This document shows positions 24,833-35,288 of a DNA stretch of 64,000 nt, one piece after another. Source of the stretch: a virus; the IMG/VR virus record IMGVR_UViG_3300027864_000003. One strand, 5' to 3'. Positions within the stretch are counted from its first letter, which is position 1. Each line of letters starts with the position of its first letter. Under the pieces are notes generated by a model that saw nothing but the letters and a program-made list of their open reading frames with translations, ran no database searches and was not told the DNA's origin. Position numbers and translations under genes: made by a program.

Positions 24833-25704
24833 CATACGGATATGTGCGTGTAAGTACAGATAAGCAACGTGTGGATAATCAGGAATTTGAAATACAACGA
24901 TTTTGTAAAATAAACAATATCATAATTGATGAATGGGTAAGAGAAACGATTAGCGGGATAAAGGTGCCTGAGAAACGCAAGTTAGGCGGGTTACTTGAAA
25001 AAATACAAAAGGATGATTTGATAATTTGTTCTGAGCTGTCAAGGTTGGGACGTTCGCTATTAATGGTTATGTCAATATTAAATAAACTCTTAATTACTGG
25101 TGCCAGAGTATGGACTATAAAAGATAATTACAGGTTGGGAGATGATATACAGAGCCAAGTGCTGGCGTTTGCTTTTGGATTATCAGCACAAATAGAAAGA
25201 GATTTAATATCGAAAAGAACGAAGGAAGCTCTTGCGTTAAAAGTTGCAGAAGGCGTTATTATGGGTAGACCACGTGGAAAAAAGAATAATAAAACAAAAT
25301 TAACTGACAGATTAGATGAAGTAAAAAAATGTTTACAGCAAGGATTAAGTGTATGTGAAACTGCTCGTAGAGTAGGTGTACATAGAATCACGCTTACACA
25401 ATTTATTATTGATAACGATTTAGAAAAATATAAGCTATATACTCAAAATGATAAAAGAGGAATATTCCGTGGTAAATTACAAAAACCAAAAATATTTGAA
25501 GTTTGTACTTATAAGAAATTAGAACAATCAATAAAAGCAGGTATGACATTTATTGATTTGCAAAAAAAATATGGTGTGCATCATGCTTCAATTAGAAAGG
25601 TCGTATTTAACGACGAACATCTTTTTTCAATTTATAAAAAATATCATTCGGATTTAAGAAAAAAACATAATAAAAACTCAGGAGTAAGTTATGAACAAAA
25701 CTAA
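24829..25704 (+). CDS. small serine recombinase (Mpi-like) 2 with extra C-terminal HTH-like domain
   Basis: YGYVRVSTDKQ, SELSRLGR, KDNYRLGDDIQSQVLAFAF, MGRPRG; ~90-aa extension. Confidence 0.9.
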   Translation: MTYGYVRVSTDKQRVDNQEFEIQRFCKINNIIIDEWVRETISGIKVPEKRKLGGLLEKIQKDDLIICSELSRLGRSLLMVMSILNKLLITGARVWTIKDNYRLGDDIQSQVLAFAFGLSAQIERDLISKRTKEALALKVAEGVIMGRPRGKKNNKTKLTDRLDEVKKCLQQGLSVCETARRVGVHRITLTQFIIDNDLEKYKLYTQNDKRGIFRGKLQKPKIFEVCTYKKLEQSIKAGMTFIDLQKKYGVHHASIRKVVFNDEHLFSIYKKYHSDLRKKHNKNSGVSYEQN

Positions 25705-26446
25705 AATTGAATGGTGCGACATGACGTGGAATCCAGTCACTGGTTGTTTGCATGGTTGTGAATATTGTTATGCGCGAAGAATCTCTCGAAGATTTGACAG
25801 ACTATGTAGTGAAAATTCAACATGTCATGAATCAGGTGAATTCTATAAAAGAATTGCTCCGTTAGGATACGAGAAAAAATATTATCCGTCTGGGTTTGAC
25901 CCTACATTCTTTGGTCATCGACTTGACGAACCTATTAAAATTAAAACTTCGCAAAATATATTCGTCTGTTCGATGGCAGATTTATTCGGGGATTGGGTAC
26001 CCGATGAATGGATTAAGCAAGTGTTTGAAGCGTGTACGAAAGCTCCTTGGCATAGGTATTTGTTTTTAACAAAGAACCCAAAACGGTATCGAGAATTATA
26101 CGATGAAAAGAAATTCCCATACGCTGAAAATTATTGGTTTGGAACATCCTGTACAAAACCAAGCGATGAATTTACATGGTTTAAAAATACGCCTTATAAA
26201 TGTTTTGCAAGTATAGAACCTTTGCTAGAACCATTTGGTGTATTAGATAGCGATGTATTATTAGACTGGATTATCATCGGACGTGAAACAGGCAACCGAA
26301 AAGACAAAATAATCCCCAAAAAAGAATGGATAGAAAACATCGTCAATTACTGCCGTGAAAAGAACGTGCCTGTCTTTATGAAAAATAACTTGAAAGATAT
26401 ATGGCAAGAGCCGTTAATACAGGAATATCCATGGAGGAATAAATAA
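25691..26446 (+). CDS. DUF5131 / phage Gp37Gp68-family protein (CxxxCxxC)
   Basis: KTKIEWCDMTWNPVTGCLHGCEYCYA, FVCSMADLF, LTKNPKR, SIEPLL. Confidence 0.9.
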   Translation: MNKTKIEWCDMTWNPVTGCLHGCEYCYARRISRRFDRLCSENSTCHESGEFYKRIAPLGYEKKYYPSGFDPTFFGHRLDEPIKIKTSQNIFVCSMADLFGDWVPDEWIKQVFEACTKAPWHRYLFLTKNPKRYRELYDEKKFPYAENYWFGTSCTKPSDEFTWFKNTPYKCFASIEPLLEPFGVLDSDVLLDWIIIGRETGNRKDKIIPKKEWIENIVNYCREKNVPVFMKNNLKDIWQEPLIQEYPWRNK

Positions 26447-26613
26447 TGGCGAGAGAATGTTTTGATGAAACTGGTTTCGGAGAATGTTCCCAATGTAATT
26501 GTTGTGGAAAATATGATGAGGACTGGCAAGACCCAGAACAAAATCCATATCTACTTGAAGGAGAAGATTTAGACGAAGCAGTAGAGAAACGTATTAAAGG
26601 AGAGAGTTTATGA
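26446..26613 (+). CDS. 55-aa acidic Cys-containing protein (not in ORF track)
   Basis: GGAGG SD; MARECFDETGFGECSQCNCCG...; overlaps both neighbours. Confidence 0.55.
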   Translation: MARECFDETGFGECSQCNCCGKYDEDWQDPEQNPYLLEGEDLDEAVEKRIKGESL

Positions 26614-27074
26614 GAGACGTTATTTTCAGAGGAAAGCGAATTGATAACGGCGAGTGGGTGGAAGGTTCGATGATTAAATTAACTCCATCAAGATACGCAA
26701 TTACAGACGAATATCCAAATATTAATAACAGATTTATAGCGCCATCTGATAATTGTAAAAAGGCAGATATTAGATTCCATGAAGTCGATCCCAAAACAAT
26801 AGGTGAATTTACAGGCTTGCTCGACCATAATCAAAAAATGATTTTTGAAGGGGATAAGTTATTCACAAAAGAAATACTATCCTTCTGCCGTGAAAAGGAT
26901 GATGAAAAATTTGCGGTAGTAGAATGGAATAATAATGAGGCTAGATTTTACGGAAACATGAGAACTACTTGTTATTCTTTTGTAGCTGATAAGTTTAGTA
27001 TTTGCGAAATAATTGGAAATATTCATGACAACCCTGAATTAGTGAAAAAAGAAATACTGGAGGAAATAAAATGA
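26610..27074 (+). CDS. YopX-family protein
   Basis: MRDVIFRGKRIDNGEWVEG, TIGEFTGLLD..IFEGD, EIIGNIHDNPEL. Confidence 0.9.
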   Translation: MRDVIFRGKRIDNGEWVEGSMIKLTPSRYAITDEYPNINNRFIAPSDNCKKADIRFHEVDPKTIGEFTGLLDHNQKMIFEGDKLFTKEILSFCREKDDEKFAVVEWNNNEARFYGNMRTTCYSFVADKFSICEIIGNIHDNPELVKKEILEEIK

Positions 27075-29898
27075 CAGAAATAAAAGACTTCAAAAAAGCG
27101 GTTAACGAATTCATTAAAAAAGTTAATGGTCAATGTACTGTATGCAATCAGCACATAAGAATTAAGGAACAATCATTTGCAAAAATGCGCGGATTAAAAA
27201 CATCATGGGGACGTTATGAATTAAGTCTCTTTATACCAAAGGAAATTACTTTTGTTATTTCTTATCTGCATATAACAAGTTATTATGCGCACAAAAACGG
27301 CGTAGAAATAAATCTCGACAACGAGAGAGTCATATCAATAAGGGGGATAGAATGAAAAACGACGAATCGGCATTTCCTGAAATCAGAAGTGAAAGGGATC
27401 AAAACGGAATAAACGATGTTTATTCAATCGGCGGTATGAGTTTACGCGATTACTTCGCAGGGCAATCCTTAACAGGAATAATATCAGGCATGACTTCACA
27501 TGAATATAAATCAACTGGTGCAATCAAGCTTGCAGAATGGGCGTACCAAGATGCCGATGCAATGCTCAAAGTAAGGGAGAAGGGAGAATGAATAATGACA
27601 TTAAAAGTAATTTTACATGACGGAAAAATCGAGGAGTATCCCAATGCTCATGTAAATTGGGAATGGGATGATGAAACGGGAGAATTAGGTTCCGACAGCG
27701 GATGGCGCGTTGGTTCTACTGACGAAAAAGGAATTCATGTTTCAGCATTTATCCGCCCGCGCGACTTTGAAAAAATAGAAATCACGCACGATGAGAGCGA
27801 GAGAATATTTGAAACCATAAAGGGTATACCCGGGAAAGATTATCGTTGTTTCATCGAGAACGTGCGAATCATGAGGGAAGCGCAAGAGACATGGTACAAA
27901 TTCAACGGGAGAAGTAAAGGCGTTGATCAGGTTACCGCTGAAAAACTGGTAGATGAATTTCTTTCAACACTGGAGGATAAGAATGAAAAATAAAAAATAC
28001 ACTGTTTACGTTGACGCAATCATAAGAAGAAAATTCACAATTGAAGCTAAGAACAAAGAAGAAGCTGAGGAAGAAGCAATAAATATTTTTAAGGCACAAA
28101 CAGCGTTAGTACATTTGCCTATTAATATATATGAATCAAAAGCAGAAAGGGAACGATTATGATACAAACACTTAACGATATTCACGACAATGAGGAAGAG
28201 CATGAGTATATAACTACCGATGATGAAGCGTGTCCGTTTTGTGCTGAATCATTGAAATCTCGATGTAAATGTGAGGAAAAATATTGTATTGGTTGTGGTG
28301 AAAAAAAAGAAAATTGTACTTGTATAAAGCCACGATGGATAGAAAGCATAGATTTCTACACCTGCCCTAAATGCAATAATGATTTCCATAAATATAATGA
28401 TGATGGAAATTTACAAGTTGATAAATTTAACTTTTGCCCTAGTTGTAGTCAAAAACTAGAACCGCCGGAGAAACAATGAAAAAGAAACCCAAAGAAGAAA
28501 CAAAGCTTGAAAAACAAAAACGGCAAAAGCGAGAAAAACCGTATCGTTCCTGCACATGGTATCCGATGCAATGTGAAGGGTTCTGCGATAACGGACAGGG
28601 ACCGTGCAGTGAATATATTACAGATTCGGATCATGAGGCATTGGTTTATGGCTGAAAAAATTACTGTTACGATTAGCGAGCTGTATGATGTTTATTTTTG
28701 GGGTATGGCACATGGTCAATTGTTAATGGAGCAAGAACGAGAAAGTGAAGAATTATTTGATGCGGTTGTATGTTATCACTCATCAAGAAAATATAATGTA
28801 CCGTCTGCGCCAGCAAGGCGTAGGCAGACACACAGCGATAAATGGTTTGAAGCCATGAATAAAGATGTAAGAAGTTTCAAAGACTTTATTGCGAAAAAAA
28901 ATGAGGAGATTGGCGCATGAATAAACATCCCTACCGAATAAATTGCTGTAAATGCAAAGAGTTAATCTTCAATGGTTATGAGGATGATGTATACATGGAT
29001 ATTTACGGCGATTACATTCCCGGCGCCGGCAGATGTAAAGAATGCGGAAAAGATTTTTGTTATGAATGTGGCGAAATAGAAAACGATCTCTGTATAACCT
29101 GCAGGGAGAAACTGGAAAAAGAAGAACAGGAGGAGGGGAAAGATTATGAGGAAGATTAAAAGAAAAATTAGGATGGATCTGATATACAAAATAATCAACG
29201 TGTTCAGAAACGACAACGGATTTATAAAAATCATTGCGTGTATGTTCGGTGCTGCTTTATTTTGCATCGGGTTACTTTTTATATTCGGAGGATAAAAATG
29301 ACATTAGAACAATGCAATCATTGTATAAAAATAAATAAAACGAGCAAATATTGCGCTTATCACATGAAATATATTACTAAAATTGAATCATGCGAAAGAG
29401 TAATTGAATATCAATCACCGCAATGTTCCAAACATAATTGTTCAATGGATATGGAAGAAGTGAATAAAAACAGCATTGTATTTAAGTGTATGTATTGCGA
29501 TGAACAGGCAACGATAATATTAAGCAAAGAGTACAAGGAACAATACGATGAATAACTTGTTTTATGACAGAGGTTATCAAGATGCGATAATTGATCTTCA
29601 AAATTGGTTTGGGCAGAACAGAGAATTATTGCCAAAAAGAAATAAATTAACTGAGGATATGGTATCGGAAGTACTGTCAACTATATTAAAAAATTGGATG
29701 CGGTTTCAAAATATAAAAAATGATTTTGATTTAATTCCAATACCGCCAAAAGAAAAAAAAGATAAATGGCATTTTGTTTACTGTTATTCAAGGGAAGAAT
29801 GTATAGAAATTATGCAGGGAAGCAAGAAGTTGGGAAACGCATTATTTCTTAAGCAATACATGGATATAAAAGGATTAATCGAGGAGAAAAAAATATGA
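27071..29898 (+). other. array of ~11 small translationally coupled phage hypothetical genes (27071, 27352, 27595, 27983, 28159, 28476, 28648, 28917, 29146, 29298, 29548), several Cys-rich zinc-ribbon types
   Basis: Each has a purine-rich SD and/or stop-start overlap; 27352 carries the common MSLRDYFA motif. Confidence 0.65.
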
Positions 29899-30554
29899 GT
29901 GAAGATAAAAATATTTTCGGGCAAAAATTAAAGTATGCCCGACAGAATATGGGATGGACACAAGAAAAATTAGCAGAAAAAGCGGATATACCTAGCACGT
30001 CTATTGCGCACTTTGAAGCAGGGTCAAGAAAACCGTCTTATGATAATCTTCGTAAACTCACAACAGTTCTTAATATATCTGCTGATTATTTGCTTGGACT
30101 GGTAGATGAATTAACAATCGCATCGCCTGTAAGGTTTGCGAAGAAATTAGCGCAGATGTCCGGAGACGATAGAATATTTCTTGATGATATGATCAATTTG
30201 TTAATAAAAAGAAACCAGAAAGCCAATTTAGAAAAAGATACGATTCTTGAGGGAATAATTGTTGTTGATTCTGTAAGCGCACATGAACTGGGTTTCACTC
30301 ATGAAGCATTTGATTCTATGTCGTATTTATGGCGAACAGGAAATACAATAATTATTACAGTAATTGTTTCAAAACAAAGAGGGGAATTCCGAAGGCTGAT
30401 AAATCGGATTTTAGAATTAGGTTTTGATTTTGAAATACCAACGCCGAGTGCAAGAATGTGCGAAATAGGAAGGAAGCAGGGATGGACATTCTACAAAAAA
30501 GAGGATGAAAAATTTGGCGAGATAGAAATTATCACTAATAAGAGGCTGGTATGA
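29895..30554 (+). CDS. XRE-family HTH regulator fused to an unknown C-terminal domain
   Basis: FGQKLKYARQNMGWTQEKLAEKA...IAHFEAGSRKPS...ISADYLLG. Confidence 0.85.
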   Translation: MSEDKNIFGQKLKYARQNMGWTQEKLAEKADIPSTSIAHFEAGSRKPSYDNLRKLTTVLNISADYLLGLVDELTIASPVRFAKKLAQMSGDDRIFLDDMINLLIKRNQKANLEKDTILEGIIVVDSVSAHELGFTHEAFDSMSYLWRTGNTIIITVIVSKQRGEFRRLINRILELGFDFEIPTPSARMCEIGRKQGWTFYKKEDEKFGEIEIITNKRLV

Positions 30555-30901
30555 AAAAATCAATCTGTACAAGGTGTAAAAAAGATATATCAGCTTGTGA
30601 TTGTTATTTTTATGGCAATAACAATGAAAGTCCAGAGCAAGAAGCAAATAAATGTACGAGCCTGATAGAATCAAGAGAATATAAATATATAAGGTTTGTA
30701 GAACGTGAACCAAAACCAAAAACAAAAGTATTTTCAGTAGAGAGTAAAAACTTTGATTGTCTTTTAGGTTTTGTGAAGTGGCATGCTCCATGGCGAAGAT
30801 ATTGTTTTTTTGTTGAAGATGGTACGTTCTTTGACGCTGATTGTCTGCGGGACATTCAGTATTTTATAAACAGATTGATGTTGAAAAGAAGAAAGATATG
30901 A
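30551..30901 (+). CDS. hypothetical protein
   Basis: ATGA overlap; LGFVKWHAPWRRYCFF. Confidence 0.65.
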   Translation: MKKSICTRCKKDISACDCYFYGNNNESPEQEANKCTSLIESREYKYIRFVEREPKPKTKVFSVESKNFDCLLGFVKWHAPWRRYCFFVEDGTFFDADCLRDIQYFINRLMLKRRKI

Positions 30902-30982
30902 TTGAATTTATAACATTGTTGTTACATATCTACATGGCTATTGTGATCACACATATATGGCTTGGCAAGTAAAGGATTGTAT

Positions 30983-31507
30983 ATGAATAACGACCTATTT
31001 AATAGCACGATTTATTTGAAATCTACTGATAATAATTATCGATACGCGCTTGGGACAAAGGGAGAAAATACACTTTTTTGCTTCGGTATAAATCCAAGCA
31101 CGGCAACACCTGAAAAATATGATCCGACCATTAATAGGGTAAAAAGTTTTGCTGTTAAAAACAGTTTTGATTCATTTGTAATGCTTAATATTTATCCCTT
31201 GCGCGCGACAGATCCAAACGATTTACCAAAAGACCCGGCATGGGAAAAACATAATAAAAACATGGAAGTAATACTTGATTTAATAAAAGACGGATCAACT
31301 ATCTGGGGAGCGTGGGGAGATACAATTACTACAAGACCATGGCTGATTACTTGTCGTGATACTATTTTTTGGCTTATGCGTATGTATAAAAAAAATATTC
31401 GCTGGGTAAAAATAGGAGAATTAACTAAACTCGGAAACCCACGGCATCCGCTTTATTTAAAGTATCAAGATTTTTCAGATTACATTATTGAAGGAGTTAA
31501 TAATTGA
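30983..31507 (+). CDS. DUF1643-family protein
   Basis: YRYAL...GINPSTA...DPT, MLNIYPLRATDP, WGAWG, GNPRHPLY. Confidence 0.9.
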   Translation: MNNDLFNSTIYLKSTDNNYRYALGTKGENTLFCFGINPSTATPEKYDPTINRVKSFAVKNSFDSFVMLNIYPLRATDPNDLPKDPAWEKHNKNMEVILDLIKDGSTIWGAWGDTITTRPWLITCRDTIFWLMRMYKKNIRWVKIGELTKLGNPRHPLYLKYQDFSDYIIEGVNN

Positions 31508-31812
31508 AAACATTATTCGATTATGGGTGGTTGGATCCAGAAGGCAAATTTTATCCTGTTCAAGAGGGTCATGAAGATTGGGCGCTTGAATATCTTGAAA
31601 AACATTTTCCGGACGATGAAACAGAATATGGTGCAGATTTATTAATTGAAATGGGTTGGATATTGATGAATAGTCCGTACAAAAAAGAAATAAATATAAA
31701 GACCTTACACTTTTGGTATGCGACAAAAAAGCAAAAAGAGTTTTTATATGATTATTTTACTGAAAGAGGATGCCAAGCCATGGCAGTTAAAATATTTAAG
31801 GATACAAAGTGA
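31504..31812 (+). CDS. hypothetical protein
   Basis: TTG start after GGAG; GWLDPEGKFY...HEDWA motif. Confidence 0.65.
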   Translation: MKTLFDYGWLDPEGKFYPVQEGHEDWALEYLEKHFPDDETEYGADLLIEMGWILMNSPYKKEINIKTLHFWYATKKQKEFLYDYFTERGCQAMAVKIFKDTK

Positions 31813-32639
31813 AGCTGATTAGAGTTTTTCCGCGGCGGACAAACGCAACACCGACAGATGAATTCGCATTTACAGGACTGCCACACTTTAATGTCGAAGC
31901 GGACGAAGTTCATATATCTGTTACGTTCACATGGGATCTGCCGGAAGCGGAACGTCTCGAAAGAGAATGGCGCCATGTCGCACCAGTAAAAATAGGCGGT
32001 CCCGCAACAGGGCAAAGAGGAGATGATTTTATTCCCGGGCGGTATTTGAAAAATGGTTATGTCATAACAAGCAGAGGGTGTCCGAATCGCTGTTGGTTTT
32101 GCAACGTGTGGCGCCGCGAAGGGGAAGCAATCCGGGAGCTGCCGATAACCGAAGGTTGGAATATTCTTGACGATAATTTGCTTGCTTGCAGTGATGAACA
32201 TATAAACAATGTTTTTTCAATGTTGAAAAACCAAAAGCAGGGACGGCCGCATTTCACAGGAGGATTAGAAGCTGCTCGATTAAAGGCGTGGCACGTTTCA
32301 AAATTGGCAGAATTAAAACCAAAGGAAATATTTTTTGCGTATGATACTCCCAATGATAGAGAACCGTTATACGAAGCAGGGAAATTGTTAAATAACGCAG
32401 GATTTAAGATGTGCCATCCGCTGCGCGCGTATGTTCTTATCGGGTACCCAAATGATACTTTCGAGAAAGCAGAAGAACGTCTTTTCGATTGCATGAAAGC
32501 TGGGTTTCTGCCGATGGCGATGTTATACAGAGATAAAACAGGTGAACGCGATCCGCAATGGATAAGTTTTGCTTGGCCATGGGCGCGCCCGGCGATCATT
32601 AACTCAAAATATAACAAATTTTTGGAGTCAGTAAAATGA
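31809..32639 (+). CDS. radical-SAM-like protein
   Basis: TSRGCPNRCWFC (CxxxCxxC), ILDDNLLA, YVLIGYP. Confidence 0.8.
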   Translation: MKLIRVFPRRTNATPTDEFAFTGLPHFNVEADEVHISVTFTWDLPEAERLEREWRHVAPVKIGGPATGQRGDDFIPGRYLKNGYVITSRGCPNRCWFCNVWRREGEAIRELPITEGWNILDDNLLACSDEHINNVFSMLKNQKQGRPHFTGGLEAARLKAWHVSKLAELKPKEIFFAYDTPNDREPLYEAGKLLNNAGFKMCHPLRAYVLIGYPNDTFEKAEERLFDCMKAGFLPMAMLYRDKTGERDPQWISFAWPWARPAIINSKYNKFLESVK

Positions 32640-33496
32640 TAATAACGCTTTATAAAAACACCCAAACGGAAGGGGAAACAAAATCCGACATATACACAGA
32701 TTTATGGCAATTATTCCCTTATGAACCTGTTAATCTTTTTGATTCTGGTTTCACTTCGGAAAAGGCGGAATATGTTTTGCCCGATGGTTACGAAATCGTG
32801 AATGAAAATGGAAAACACTATTTGAAAAAATCAAATTATTTGCACGAGATATTCACAAATAAAAACGGGAAACCCGGTTTAAAACTTTTGAACGGCGGTA
32901 TTGCTCGCGAAGAATTATATAAGCCAGGAGAGGAGCCAAAGGAAGAACCGAAGCCGGAAAAACGTGTCAGCAACGCATGGGTACCGCAGATGATTAACGG
33001 CGAATGGGAGATATACTGATATGCCGAAAATATGTGATGATGCTTGCCCAGGCGGAGATCCATGCCCTTATGAGGTATGCCCATTTATATATGAATGGCA
33101 AAATGCGGATGAAATTGTATCAGGTTATAAATACGCGGGAAGCCAAAGCGATTTTGAAGACGGAACTTATGAGAGAGAAAAACAACAAAAAATACAGGAT
33201 ATGAAATTGAAATGAGCGCATTACAAGAAACGGAAAAAGCAATAGATGATTTTGTAAAGAAATATTGTATCTGCGCGAATTGCCAATTTTTTCAAAGAGA
33301 ATTATTCAAAAATAAATGTGACGGTCCGGATATGCAATGCGAGTTTGAAGAAGGGCATGATACCGGATTATGCGAACAGCACGAATTCGCCGATACGGAA
33401 TTACAGCGCCGGCTTGAGGAGCTTCAAGATCGCTGGTACATGGCATGGTATATTGTCGAAGGTTTTATTTATTTTACTCCGCCGGAAGCAAATTAA
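32636..33496 (+). other. three small hypothetical genes (32636-33019, 33021-33215, 33212-33496)
   Basis: Coupled ORFs ending before an AT-rich intergenic gap. Confidence 0.6.
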
Positions 33497-33581
33497 AAAA
33501 TTTTTGTCCGAACGTTCGGACAAAATTCAACATATTAAACAGCAAATAAACATAATCAATATATTGTAAAATAAGAAAAAT

Positions 33582-33610
33582 TTGACAAACAAATTTTTTA
33601 TATATAGACT
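33582..33610 (+). promoter_or_regulatory. sigma70-type promoter of the transporter-ParB-PAPS operon
   Basis: TTGACA-N17-TAGACT, then GGGAG SD before ATG 33632. Confidence 0.8.
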
Positions 33611-33631
33611 TCTCCTCATTGGGAGAACTAT

Positions 33632-34723
33632 ATGTACACGAAACTCAAAGAATGGCTCGGGCTGCGCCCGAACGCCGCAAGTCGTCAGCGGAATAATTCT
33701 GCTGTAATCAATCGCCTGAAAAACAACTTCATCGAAAAGCCGTCCTGGTATTACTCAATGTCCATCGCCGCGACATGGGCAGGGGTAGGATCATTAATGG
33801 TCGGCATTCAGATGGCGCAGAACTTCGGAATAATTCCGTTTCTGCTTTGGGCGTTCGGCAACACTATGGCCTGCATAGTGTTTGGTATTTTCGCGCCGAT
33901 GATTCCGAAAGTGCGGGAAGTTTTCCGCAGTAAACCGATGCAATACATTGTCGGCTTAATGTGCGTGTTTCAGGTGTGGCTTAATTTAAACGGCATACAC
34001 ACAATATTTAAAGACACGCCCATGACCGGAACATTCGGGCTGGTTCTTGCATACGCTACCGCGGCGTTTTTCATTTTCCTGCTTTTCAAAAACGGCATGA
34101 TCCGCAGTATCTTTACTGATAATGCGTCATGGGGTGTTGTTTATATCGTTGCACTGTTATTAACAATCGGCGCGATAATTCATTCCCAAGGAAACATGAA
34201 TATTCTGCCGCTGGGATTGGAGCCTGCCAGTATGAAAAACGGGCTTCGGTTATGTATACTGCTTATTCCGGGACCGTTCCTGTATCCGTATTTTTTCAAG
34301 ATACTGGATTATAACGACAGCAACGATCTAGGCGCAAAAAAAATAAATGTGCGCCGGGCGTTCGTTATCGGCGGTTTGTTATTCGGCGCCTATTTAACTT
34401 TTACTTTTTTACTCGCATGGACGCATTTTAACCCGGTATTAAATATCGTAAAGGCGTTTTTAATTTTCATAATCGCGACATCGACAGTTTCCTCATTCCT
34501 CTACAGCATATACATCACTTTCGGGCGCAAATTGGGGCTTGCCGTAAATGTCGCATTGGTAGGGCTTTGGCAGCTCCTTATACCGATGGGGGTTTTGGGC
34601 GTGTGGACTTTAATGGCATCTATCCGCATATACATCGTTATCGGTGCCATAATTTTCGCAATCATTTGGTATTTAATCGAGCGAAAAAAGAAAGCGGGGG
34701 TAAATAATGCGCAAGGAGTTTAA
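33632..34723 (+). CDS. multi-pass membrane protein, sodium:solute symporter-like
   Basis: About 10 hydrophobic segments; SIAATWAGVGSL resembles the early TM motif of SSS transporters. Confidence 0.7.
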   Translation: MYTKLKEWLGLRPNAASRQRNNSAVINRLKNNFIEKPSWYYSMSIAATWAGVGSLMVGIQMAQNFGIIPFLLWAFGNTMACIVFGIFAPMIPKVREVFRSKPMQYIVGLMCVFQVWLNLNGIHTIFKDTPMTGTFGLVLAYATAAFFIFLLFKNGMIRSIFTDNASWGVVYIVALLLTIGAIIHSQGNMNILPLGLEPASMKNGLRLCILLIPGPFLYPYFFKILDYNDSNDLGAKKINVRRAFVIGGLLFGAYLTFTFLLAWTHFNPVLNIVKAFLIFIIATSTVSSFLYSIYITFGRKLGLAVNVALVGLWQLLIPMGVLGVWTLMASIRIYIVIGAIIFAIIWYLIERKKKAGVNNAQGV

Positions 34724-35288
34724 AGAAGTAGCGATCAGCGGATTAACAACGCCTGACAAAAACACGCGCATACATCCGGAGAAACAAATCATGGAGATAC
34801 GGCGCTCATTAAAGAAATGGGGGCAGTATAAAAATATCGTTATCGATGAAAACAATCTGGTTCTTGCCGGAAACGGTTTAGTTGAAGCCATGCGCGCCGA
34901 GGGCATAAAAAAAGCCAGGGCGGTAATTCTTTACGATCTCACCGAAAACGAAAAGAAAAAACTGATGATGGCGGATAATAAAACCGCAGGGCTAGGCATT
35001 GATAACCTTAACAATATCGAAGAGCTCATAGCGGAGCTTGCCGGAGATTTTGACATTCCGGGCTTTGATGATGAGGTTCTTAATTCCATAAGCGCGGCAT
35101 CCGAAGAAATATCCGCTGCCCTTGACGATTACGGAAAGGCGACAGAACAGAACATAGCGGAAATAGATTCTCATGCCGGCGCCAATGAAACGGCAGGCGA
35201 TGAAACCGACATCGAATCTGATAACGAAACATTTGCCGGAAAAAAACCGTACACCTGCCCACAATGCGGTGCTGAAATATGGTTATAA
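34707..35288 (+). CDS. ParB N-terminal domain protein
   Basis: NTRIHPEKQ...IRRSLKKWGQ..IVIDENNLVLAGNG...ADNKTA; C-terminal CPQCG. Confidence 0.85.
   Translation: MRKEFKEVAISGLTTPDKNTRIHPEKQIMEIRRSLKKWGQYKNIVIDENNLVLAGNGLVEAMRAEGIKKARAVILYDLTENEKKKLMMADNKTAGLGIDNLNNIEELIAELAGDFDIPGFDDEVLNSISAASEEISAALDDYGKATEQNIAEIDSHAGANETAGDETDIESDNETFAGKKPYTCPQCGAEIWL

Noticed and set aside
32057-32665. 202-aa minus-strand ORF (and many similar antisense ORFs, e.g. 4583, 8777, 45822, 15117)
   Set aside because: Opposite well-supported genes; no SD or recognisable motifs
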